From positions 6,272,001-6,336,000 of the forward strand of contig OZ241867.1 of assembly GCA_965203175.1 (NCBI GenBank): a stretch of 64,000 nt of DNA, read 5' to 3'. The DNA comes from Candidatus Latescibacterota bacterium (GTDB taxonomy: Bacteria; Latescibacterota; UBA2968; UBA8231). Below, in pieces: positions 8,711 through 17,263 of this stretch. The notes under the pieces are model-generated. The model was not told the DNA's origin. It was given only the letters and a program-made list of their open reading frames with translations, and made no database searches. Within the stretch, counting starts at the first letter, position 1; each line of letters starts with the position of its first letter. A program made the translations under genes and the position numbers.

Positions 8711-11700
8711 ATGCCTAAATTCGCGGTGAAGTGGATGGCCCTCGGCTGGATTTTGGCCAGCGTGGCACCGGCCTGGACCGAGGTCGATTTTGCCGAGTTG
8801 GCACGGACGACCCCAGTCGAGCGCGTGCAGCAGACGATGGACACCTTTGCCAGCATGGGATCTAGAGTCGCTGGCTATCCAGGTGCCGACCAAGCGGCCC
8901 AGATCGTGCAGGAGCGCTTCCGCGCAATCGGCCTCGACGATATCGCAATCCACGAATACGATGTCTCGATTCCGGTCGATAAGGGTGGATTCCTGCAAGT
9001 CGTCGGCAACGGCGAACAAGTGCCAATCCACGGCCTCTGGCCCAACCTCGTCAAAACCTCGACGTTGCCCGAAGGCGGGATGACCGGGCGCCTGATAGAC
9101 GCTGGCGCGGGTGAGTACGCGGATATGGACGGCAAACAAGTCGAAGGGGCCGTAGCCCTGATGGACTTTAATTCGGGCGACGCCTGGCTCAATGCCGCCT
9201 ATCTCGGAGCGCAGGCCATCATCTTTATCGAGCCGGATTCCACCGTGTACTTGGAGGGCGAAAAGAAATTCCTCACCATGCCGCTCGACCTGCCGAGGTT
9301 CTGGGTCAATCGCCAAGCCGGCCAGCACTTGCGCCGCCAGTTAGCCGCAGGGGGCGAGCAGACGCTCCACTTGGAGTACCGCATGGATTGGGAGCGGTGC
9401 CCCGCTTGGAATATCCTCGGCACGATTCCCGGATACGACCCCTTGCTGAAAGAAGACGTGATCGTGCTGGAGGCGTACTACGACGCCATGTCGGTCGTGC
9501 CAGCCCTAGCCCCGGGTGCCGAGCAGGCCTCCAGCATTACTGCGCTGTTAGAGCTGGCGCGCTATTTTCGCGCGAACCCGCCAGCGCGCACGATCGTCTT
9601 TCTCGCCACCTCGGCCCACCACTTGGGCTTGCGCGGGGTCGATGATTTCATCCAGCGCTATTTGCGCAAAGAGGATCCCTTTATCGAACACATGCTGGTG
9701 CGGCGGGTCGTCGATGCCGCACTCGCGCAAAACATGATCGCCCAAGACGGCATCCACTACGCCATCGGCGAGGAGGAGTTTACCGGCAAGGAAGCCCTCG
9801 TGCGGAGCGTTGCTGAAGGACGCACCGACTTGGCCGCGCACATTGCCGACGCCGCTCTCGCCGAAGGGCTGCTGAGCCAAGAGCAAGGCGCACTGCACCT
9901 CGCCGACGAGCAATTCAAAAACCGCGACGAACTAGTTGATGAACTGCACTCGGATGACGACTTGCGCCTCGCGCTCTACAAAACTTGGGCCGACCCCAAA
10001 GTCGATTCGCTCGCGGTCAAACTCTTTATCAGTCTCGACCTTTCGTCGCAAACCGACGAGCTCGGAGTCTGGAACAGCAATACCAGCTTTTACTACAAGC
10101 GCTACTTCGCGCCCTTCGGCAAGAACTTTATGGGTTATGCGCGCAAGATCAGCCGCGAATTGGGCTACCAGCAGCGCGACGTGCTGGTCAATGGCATCAG
10201 CCCCGAAGGCGGGATGAGCTGGCAGACTTTTGTACCGGGCGAAATATCGGTCAACAGCGAATTGGTGTTGGCGACTGGCACGCCAGCGTTGGCCTTTGTC
10301 ACAGTCAACGACGCGCGCTTCCTCGTCGATACGCCCTTAGACCGAGCCGAGCGCGTCAACCACGCCAATCTCGCCAAACAGATTCGGGTGCTCGCCGGTA
10401 TGTTCGAGATGGCCTTTGAAGACCCAGAGCTTTTCCCGGACTTCAAGATGCGCCTGCGCGACAATCTGCGCTCTCTGCGCGGCCGGACCATGGTCTTTCC
10501 GCGCCGCAGCATCATCCCCGACCTGCCGCGCGCAGACGCAGTAGCCGTCGTGCGCAACGGCAAGAAAAAGTCGTATAAAGGCGTGCGCGGCGAGTACTAC
10601 GAGGTTGTCGATGATAAGGGGGCCTTCTACGTAAATCGAGTGCGAGTCAACAACGTGCAGATCGAGGGCTATTACATGGACCCGATCACCGGCCGCATCA
10701 CCTACGCCCCGGACCGCGGCGTGCAAGGCGACGAGAGTTACCCGATGAGGGTATCCATGGACTGGCGCGATAAGCAGTGGATGGTCATTCTCTTCCCCTG
10801 CGTGCCCTACAACTTCTTCGACATCGTTGATCCGCGCTATCTCACCAAGCTGTCCAACGTGTCGGTCTTCGATGAGACAAACGGCGCGCCCGTGGAGTAC
10901 GGTTACACTATTGGCGAAGGCCCCTCGGCCCAGAACGAGCCGGTTGGAGTGCTGTTTGCGCGGCCCGGCTCGCACATAAAAATGGGTTTTGGTGCGGGCC
11001 TGCTGGGATTCCGCTCGCTGCTGCTCAACTCCACCAGCGTCACTGACAAAGACAAGGCCGAGGGTGAGGGCTTTGAGATCCGCCCCGGCACCTCTTTTGC
11101 CCGCACGACCTTCCAAGCCGCCCAAGACATGTGGAATCTCGACGAGTCGCGGATGCGCGAACTGCGGAGCTTTGCCATTGAGAATCAGCGTCTCAACGAC
11201 CTCCACTACCGAGCTGAAACCGAGTTAAACCAAGCCGCAGCGGCTGGTACTGAGCAACGCTGGGGAGATTTCGTGCGTCACACGCGCGCGGCCTTCGGGC
11301 TAGAATCGCGCGCCTATCCAGACGTCAAATCCACCCAAAACGACGTCGTTCAGGGCATTATCTTCTTCATGGCCCTCGTCCTTCCCTGCGCCTTTTTTAC
11401 CGAGCGGCTCATTTTTACTGCCGCCACGATCCGCAATCAAATCATCGGGTTTGCCGGGGTTTTCCTAGTGATCTGGATCGTGCTGTGGTTGGTGCATCCA
11501 GCCTTTCAGTTATCCAATCCCTTCGTCATCCTGCTCGCTTTCATCATCATCGTGCTAGCCGTTCTCGTGATGTCGATCATTTCCGGCCGCTTCAACGAAC
11601 AGATGAAAAAGCTGCGCACCGAGGTGGCAGTGATCCACGACACGGACGTCAGCCGCTCTTCGGCCTCGCTGACCGCCTTCCAGCTCGGGATTTCCAACAT

Positions 11701-13462
11701 GAAGCGGCGCAAGACGCGCACGGTCCTCACCTTTACCACGCTCTTGCTGCTGACCTTTACGGTTCTCTCCTTCACCTCCATCCGCACGGGCCTGCGGTTC
11801 AACCAAATCAGCCGCGACAACGAGGGGCTCTACGAGGGCATCCTAATCCGCAGCAAGGCGTGGAATCCGATGGAGGATTCAGTCCTCGAATACGCCCGCA
11901 GCAATTTCGGTGATCGGGCTGCGGTCGCGCCGCGTAGCTGGTACAGCAATAAGGCTAAAGCGCACATCAAAATAAAACACGGAGAAAACGCCCATAACGC
12001 GCTCGGCGTCCTTGGGTTGACCCCTGAGGAGACCCAAGTCACCAGGCTGAATCAAGCCCTAGTCGCCGGGCGGTGGTTCGAGCCGGGCGAGGACAAGGTC
12101 TGCATCCTGCCCATCGACATGGTCAAAGAAGATCATCTCGACATCGACCTCGCTAAAGTTGGCCAGGAGCAGGTTCGCATCTTCGGCGACTTGTTCACGG
12201 TCGTTGGCGTCCTCGACTCCAAGCGGATGAAGGATCTCAAAGACCTCGACGACGAAATCTTGACGCCAGCCGACTTCGCCGTCACCGGCGGCCAAGCTGT
12301 GCAGGAGATCGCCGAGGAAGAAAAGCGCGAGAAGCAGGGCTTGGAGGACGCCAAGGTCGTCATCAAGCCCTTTGTCCATATAGAGCCGGCCAACATCCTA
12401 ATCGTGCCTTACCACACGCTGCGCAACGTCGGTAGCGGCAATCCCCTGCAATCCGTGGCCGTGCGCTTCCCCGCGGGCAGCGACGTGCGGGGCGAGGTCG
12501 AGGAATTCCTCTCGCGCCTCGCGGTGACCCTGTTCGCCGGAGTCAAGGAGGCTGGCGACGAATACATCAAGGTGTCGATCTACTCATCGCTGGGGATGAC
12601 CTCCTTTTCCGGGATCAGCAACTTGTTTATCCCCATGCTGATCGCCTCGCTGATCGTGCTCAACACCATGATGGGCAGCGTGTACGAGCGCTTCCGCGAA
12701 ATCGGCATCTACTCTTCGGTGGGCTTAGCCCCCGGCCACATCTCTTGGCTCTTTATCGCCGAAAGCTGCGTCTATTCGGTGCTGGGCGTCGTCGCCGGTT
12801 ATCTCAGCGGCCAAGTAATCGCCAAAGTACTCATCGAATTCGAACTGCTGGGCGGCTTCACGCTCAACTACTCTTCAGTGGCCGCGGTGCTCTCCTGTAT
12901 GCTGGTGATGGCCGTGGTCATGCTCTCGACGATCTATCCAGCGCGCAAGGCTTCGCAGATGGCCGTGCCGGACGTGACCCGCAAGTGGAAACTGCCACCG
13001 CCCGACGGCGATCAGTGGGATTTCGAGTTTCCCTTTACGGTCAGCGGCCACGAGGTCTTGGGTTTGAGCGTATTCCTCATCGGCTACTTCGACTCCTATA
13101 GCGAAGAGTCCATCGGCACTTTCTACACCGACGGTGCCCAGCTAAGCCGCGAAGAAACGCCCAACGGCGAAGGATACATCATCGACATGAATATCTGGCT
13201 GGCTCCTTTCGACTTGGGCGTCAGCCAACACGTCACCGTGCGGGCCATGCCAGAGGCCGAGCACAACATTTACGCAGTCAGCCTACAAATTAAGCGACTC
13301 AGCGGCGAGGACGCCTCGTGGCGGAGGGTCAATCAGCGCTTTATGAACGTCATCCGCAAACAGTTCCTCATCTGGCGCACGGTGGATGCCGAGGCCAAAG
13401 AAGGCTACCGCCAACAGGGCGCGGAAATTCTGCAAGGGCTGCGCAGCGAAGTTTCGGCGTAA
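8711..13462 (+). CDS. Large fusion protein: signal peptide, PA/M28-peptidase-like ectodomain, TM bundle, MacB/FtsX-type permease, C-terminal soluble domain
   Basis: Signal-like N-terminus; SRVAGYPG and NILGTIPG (M28 fold); ISNMKRRKTRTVLT and SVYERFREIGIYSSVGL...FIAES (MacB/FtsX). ATG 8711 chosen as start, 17 nt after the upstream stop. Confidence 0.75.
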   Translation: MPKFAVKWMALGWILASVAPAWTEVDFAELARTTPVERVQQTMDTFASMGSRVAGYPGADQAAQIVQERFRAIGLDDIAIHEYDVSIPVDKGGFLQVVGNGEQVPIHGLWPNLVKTSTLPEGGMTGRLIDAGAGEYADMDGKQVEGAVALMDFNSGDAWLNAAYLGAQAIIFIEPDSTVYLEGEKKFLTMPLDLPRFWVNRQAGQHLRRQLAAGGEQTLHLEYRMDWERCPAWNILGTIPGYDPLLKEDVIVLEAYYDAMSVVPALAPGAEQASSITALLELARYFRANPPARTIVFLATSAHHLGLRGVDDFIQRYLRKEDPFIEHMLVRRVVDAALAQNMIAQDGIHYAIGEEEFTGKEALVRSVAEGRTDLAAHIADAALAEGLLSQEQGALHLADEQFKNRDELVDELHSDDDLRLALYKTWADPKVDSLAVKLFISLDLSSQTDELGVWNSNTSFYYKRYFAPFGKNFMGYARKISRELGYQQRDVLVNGISPEGGMSWQTFVPGEISVNSELVLATGTPALAFVTVNDARFLVDTPLDRAERVNHANLAKQIRVLAGMFEMAFEDPELFPDFKMRLRDNLRSLRGRTMVFPRRSIIPDLPRADAVAVVRNGKKKSYKGVRGEYYEVVDDKGAFYVNRVRVNNVQIEGYYMDPITGRITYAPDRGVQGDESYPMRVSMDWRDKQWMVILFPCVPYNFFDIVDPRYLTKLSNVSVFDETNGAPVEYGYTIGEGPSAQNEPVGVLFARPGSHIKMGFGAGLLGFRSLLLNSTSVTDKDKAEGEGFEIRPGTSFARTTFQAAQDMWNLDESRMRELRSFAIENQRLNDLHYRAETELNQAAAAGTEQRWGDFVRHTRAAFGLESRAYPDVKSTQNDVVQGIIFFMALVLPCAFFTERLIFTAATIRNQIIGFAGVFLVIWIVLWLVHPAFQLSNPFVILLAFIIIVLAVLVMSIISGRFNEQMKKLRTEVAVIHDTDVSRSSASLTAFQLGISNMKRRKTRTVLTFTTLLLLTFTVLSFTSIRTGLRFNQISRDNEGLYEGILIRSKAWNPMEDSVLEYARSNFGDRAAVAPRSWYSNKAKAHIKIKHGENAHNALGVLGLTPEETQVTRLNQALVAGRWFEPGEDKVCILPIDMVKEDHLDIDLAKVGQEQVRIFGDLFTVVGVLDSKRMKDLKDLDDEILTPADFAVTGGQAVQEIAEEEKREKQGLEDAKVVIKPFVHIEPANILIVPYHTLRNVGSGNPLQSVAVRFPAGSDVRGEVEEFLSRLAVTLFAGVKEAGDEYIKVSIYSSLGMTSFSGISNLFIPMLIASLIVLNTMMGSVYERFREIGIYSSVGLAPGHISWLFIAESCVYSVLGVVAGYLSGQVIAKVLIEFELLGGFTLNYSSVAAVLSCMLVMAVVMLSTIYPARKASQMAVPDVTRKWKLPPPDGDQWDFEFPFTVSGHEVLGLSVFLIGYFDSYSEESIGTFYTDGAQLSREETPNGEGYIIDMNIWLAPFDLGVSQHVTVRAMPEAEHNIYAVSLQIKRLSGEDASWRRVNQRFMNVIRKQFLIWRTVDAEAKEGYRQQGAEILQGLRSEVSA

Positions 13463-13475
13463 GGGAGGATAGCGA

Positions 13476-15896
13476 GTGCTCGGAAGCAAAAATAGAAACC
13501 CGAACCAAGAGATCGAAGAATATCGGGATTTAATGCAGGTCCCGGACCGCTTCGAGAACGGCTTTACGATCAAGGCCATCCTCGGCGTGCTCTTCGTCGC
13601 CTTCATCATGGTGCCGGGCAATATGTACTTGAGCCTGATGATCGGCGGCTCTTTGGGGGCGGCGGCCGAGTGGGTGACCATCATCCTCTTCGCCGAAATC
13701 ACCAAGCGTTCCTTCTCCTCCCTCCGGCGCCAAGAAGTCTATGTGCTGTTCTACGTGGCCGGCTCGCTGATTGCCGCTGAGACTGGTGCCTTTGAGGGCT
13801 TGCTCTACAACCAGTACTTGGTGCAATCGCCAGCGGCCAAGCAGTTCGGCATCACCAAGCTGATTCCCACTTGGGTGGCTCCGCCGCTCGACTCCTCCGC
13901 CATCATCGAGCGTACCTTCCTACACTCGGATTGGACGATGCCGATCATCCTCCTAGTCTTGGGGATGATCATCTCGCGCATCAACTGGTTCACTATGTCA
14001 TACGCGCTCTTCCGGCTCAGCTCCGACTACGAGCGCCTGCCCTTTCCCTTCGCGCCCGTAAACGCCCAAGGTGCTACGGCGCTGGCCGAGACTACCCAAG
14101 GACTTGAGACGTGGCGCTGGCGGGTCTTCTCGGCGGGGGCGATGATCGGCTTGGTCTTTGGCACGATCTACGTGGCCCTACCGGCGATTACTGACGCGCT
14201 GCTGACCGAGCCGATCCAACTCATACCCATTCCCTTTGTCGACTTCACGCAAGTTACCGGCAACTTTATCCCGGCCACTCCGCTGGGATTTACCGCGCAC
14301 TTAGGGCCGATCTTCGTCGGTCTAGTGGTGCCGTTCTGGGGCGTGATTGGCACCTTTATCGGCGTGGCCGTCACCTCCATTGCCAGTCCGCTGCTCTATA
14401 CCTGGACGCCTTCGTGGCGCGAGGAGCCTTACCTGAACTTGTGGCAGCAAGGCATGGGCACGATCGAGACCTACTTCGTCAACTACGTCGATTTCTGGAT
14501 GAGTTTCGGCCTCGGCACCACTGTCGCCATCGCCGTCATCGGCATCTATCAGATATCTCAGAGCGTGCGCAGTGCTAGGGCTAACAAGAGGGATGATGAC
14601 AGTCCCAAGCGCAGCTTCGCCCCCCCCGCTGGCCGAGGCGATTTCCCCATCTGGGTGGCGTTGGCACTATACGCTTTAGCCACGGCCGGCCTGATCGGCA
14701 TCGCCGCTTGGCTGCTGCCGGGCATTGCCCAATTTATATGGTTTTTCCTCTTCTTTGGTTTCGTATTTACGCCCTTTCAATCCTTCGTCAACGCCCGCCT
14801 AGTCGGGATGGTGGGGCAGACGGTGGACATCCCCTTCGTGCGCGAGGCCACGATTATCTTCTCTGGGTATCGCGGTGTTGACATCTGGTTCATTCCGTTT
14901 CCCTTGGGCAACTACGGTGCCCAGACCCAGAAGTTCCGCGAAATCGAATTGACCGGAACCCAGTTTACCAGCATTATCCGCGCCGAGATTTTCATGGTAC
15001 CCATCGTGCTCTTTACCAGTTTTCTCTACGGCTCCTACATCTGGAAACTAGCACCGATCCCGTCGGCCTCCTACCCCTATGCCCAGCTCATGTGGCGGCT
15101 GCGCGCCTATCAGCAATGCCTCTACATCACCGGCACTATGCGCAGCGAACTGGCCATAGACAAAGACCGGGCGGGATGGACCCCGGCTAACCTAATCGAA
15201 AACGAGTGGTGGTACTGGCGGGTGCGGCTAGTGGATCAAGAATGGCTGGACTCCAACGGCAATCTCGGTCAAGTCGGCCCGTGGATGCCGACCCAAGTTT
15301 TCTACTCGTACTTCGATCAGGGGGCACCCGACATTGTCGCCGAGCGCTACCTGCGCGACGAGCAGCTAGCCGAAGAGGAAATTGTCGAGGGCCTGCCGGC
15401 AGTTGTCCCGCTAAGGCCGGCCATGGACACCATCATTCGCGCGCCCCGTCCGACCCTCGAAGTGAAGGCCGAGCGAGCCGTGCCGGCGGGGTGGTCTTTC
15501 TACTTTGAGGTCGATACTGATCCGCTCTTTACAAGCTCTTGGATCCAGCGGTCCACCGACGTGCCTTGGCTCTTTAGAGCGCTGAAACCAGAGGTCATCG
15601 CCTTTGGTGCCGGCTTAGGGCTGGTGAGTTTCTTTCTGCTGTCCATCCTCGGGCTGCCAATCCTGCTGATCTTTGGCTTCGTGCGCTCGCTGGCGTCCAT
15701 ACCACATTACGTGGTGACCGAGATCATCGGCGCGCTCTTGGCTCGCTACTACTTTTGGAACAAGTACGGGCGGCAGGAATGGCGGCAATTTGCCCCGGTT
15801 CTGGCGGTGGGCTTCTCCTGCGGCATGGCATTGATAGGGATGGCGGCGGTGGGGATCGCCCTGATCCAGAGATCAGTCTCCGTGCTGATCTTCTAG
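13476..15896 (+). CDS. OPT-like oligopeptide transporter family membrane protein with a soluble FN3-like insertion
   Basis: GFTIKAILG, LRRQEVYVL, ERLPFPFAPV; many TM helices; ~140-aa hydrophilic beta-rich loop near the C-terminus; GGGAGG RBS before GTG. Confidence 0.65.
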   Translation: MLGSKNRNPNQEIEEYRDLMQVPDRFENGFTIKAILGVLFVAFIMVPGNMYLSLMIGGSLGAAAEWVTIILFAEITKRSFSSLRRQEVYVLFYVAGSLIAAETGAFEGLLYNQYLVQSPAAKQFGITKLIPTWVAPPLDSSAIIERTFLHSDWTMPIILLVLGMIISRINWFTMSYALFRLSSDYERLPFPFAPVNAQGATALAETTQGLETWRWRVFSAGAMIGLVFGTIYVALPAITDALLTEPIQLIPIPFVDFTQVTGNFIPATPLGFTAHLGPIFVGLVVPFWGVIGTFIGVAVTSIASPLLYTWTPSWREEPYLNLWQQGMGTIETYFVNYVDFWMSFGLGTTVAIAVIGIYQISQSVRSARANKRDDDSPKRSFAPPAGRGDFPIWVALALYALATAGLIGIAAWLLPGIAQFIWFFLFFGFVFTPFQSFVNARLVGMVGQTVDIPFVREATIIFSGYRGVDIWFIPFPLGNYGAQTQKFREIELTGTQFTSIIRAEIFMVPIVLFTSFLYGSYIWKLAPIPSASYPYAQLMWRLRAYQQCLYITGTMRSELAIDKDRAGWTPANLIENEWWYWRVRLVDQEWLDSNGNLGQVGPWMPTQVFYSYFDQGAPDIVAERYLRDEQLAEEEIVEGLPAVVPLRPAMDTIIRAPRPTLEVKAERAVPAGWSFYFEVDTDPLFTSSWIQRSTDVPWLFRALKPEVIAFGAGLGLVSFFLLSILGLPILLIFGFVRSLASIPHYVVTEIIGALLARYYFWNKYGRQEWRQFAPVLAVGFSCGMALIGMAAVGIALIQRSVSVLIF

Positions 15897-15897
15897 C

Positions 15898-16890
15898 ATG
15901 AGCGCTTGGGTAGATTTCGCTTGGCAGGGACTACAGTTGTCCGTGCCGGACGACTGGAATCTCGGTCGGGTTGACGGGGATTTTGAAAAGGGCTATGCCC
16001 GCCTCGACGACGCCGAAATCGTGCGCGCCGAGATCGAATGGCGGCGTCTCAAAGGCCGCGGCGAGGCCCTGCGTCTGACCGAGTTGGTAGATCGCTACTT
16101 AGCCAATCTGCAAAAGAAGGCCCAAAAGGTCGATGCTCCCTTTGAGGTCCAGCGCCGCGCTCGCTTCCTCAAGAACAAGAAATTCCTCGAAGGCCGAGAA
16201 TACGAAGTCTTCATCTGGGAGGCCGACTTCCGCGCGTACAACCTAGCGCTCGCCTTGAAGTCCGGGCGGGTTGTGCTCCTGCGAGTGCTGGCCAAGCCAG
16301 ACGAATTTTTGCCCGAGCAAGCCGAGGCCGTGTTCAGCTCGCTCGTCGATCAAGAAGGCGAGGACGCTCATCTGTGGAGCGTGTACGGCTTGCGGTTTTT
16401 CGCGCCTAGCGACCTCAAGCTACAGAGCCATTCCCTCAAGTCGGGCCATATTGAATTAGAGTTCTCCCTCGGCAAACAAGTTCTAAAGGTGCATCGGTTG
16501 AGCATGGCCCGGATCATGCTCAAAGACGCACACATCCAAGACTGGTATCCGGTTTTTTTTAAAAAGCAATTGCGCGACTTCGTGGTGGACATTGTTCCAG
16601 AAGCCGTGCAGGAACACGAGGGCATTCGCGTCGAGGGGCGGCCGCGCAGCCGCTGGCGTCAGCTTTTGCGTCCCTTGCCCTTTATAAACCCGAGGCCGCG
16701 CCTGTATATGCGGGGGCGCATCTGGCGCGATACCGGGATCGACAAAATCGCCATGGTCGAGCACCTCTACCGCAAGAAAGACGCACAGGACGATCTAGTC
16801 GCCAAGGTAGTAGATGGGCATTTTATCGAAAAACAAGGGACCCAAGCTGAGCCGGGCCGCCATGCTGGCGTCGCGGCCAACGCGCAATGA
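15898..16890 (+). CDS. Hypothetical soluble protein with two repeated domains
   Basis: Starts 1 nt after the upstream stop; FAWQGLQLSVPDDW / LWSVYGLRFFAPSDL repeat pattern. Confidence 0.7.
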   Translation: MSAWVDFAWQGLQLSVPDDWNLGRVDGDFEKGYARLDDAEIVRAEIEWRRLKGRGEALRLTELVDRYLANLQKKAQKVDAPFEVQRRARFLKNKKFLEGREYEVFIWEADFRAYNLALALKSGRVVLLRVLAKPDEFLPEQAEAVFSSLVDQEGEDAHLWSVYGLRFFAPSDLKLQSHSLKSGHIELEFSLGKQVLKVHRLSMARIMLKDAHIQDWYPVFFKKQLRDFVVDIVPEAVQEHEGIRVEGRPRSRWRQLLRPLPFINPRPRLYMRGRIWRDTGIDKIAMVEHLYRKKDAQDDLVAKVVDGHFIEKQGTQAEPGRHAGVAANAQ

Positions 16891-17263
16891 GTCCCTGCGC
16901 TGGGAAAACAACGACAACGACGAGGTCCAGGTCTTCATAACGCGCCAAGAGACCTGGAGGGTGCGGCTGTTGTCGAAGTTTTTCTACATACCCAAGCAGC
17001 GCAAAATCACCCTCGACGAGGTCGGCAGTGAGGTCTGGCGAATGTGCAATGGCCGCAACTCGGTCGGCAGGATGATCGAAGAGCTCAGCGACAAGTACCA
17101 GCTCAATCGCAAAGAGGCCGAGGTCTCCCTGCTCCAGTATTTGAAGACCCTTGGGCAGAAGCGCTTCATCGGCTTTGTGCTAGAGGGCGACGAGAGACCA
17201 CCTGGGCGCGGCGCGGCCAGCGGAAAAAAATGGCAAAAGAAACAAACAGGGGCGAGCAATTAG
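16814..17263 (+). CDS. PqqD family / RiPP recognition element (RRE)-like protein
   Basis: ITLDEVGSEVWRMCNGRNSVGRMIEELSDKYQL...VSLLQYLKTLGQKRFI matches the PqqD winged-helix pattern. The start could instead be 16862. Confidence 0.8.
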   Translation: MGILSKNKGPKLSRAAMLASRPTRNESLRWENNDNDEVQVFITRQETWRVRLLSKFFYIPKQRKITLDEVGSEVWRMCNGRNSVGRMIEELSDKYQLNRKEAEVSLLQYLKTLGQKRFIGFVLEGDERPPGRGAASGKKWQKKQTGASN

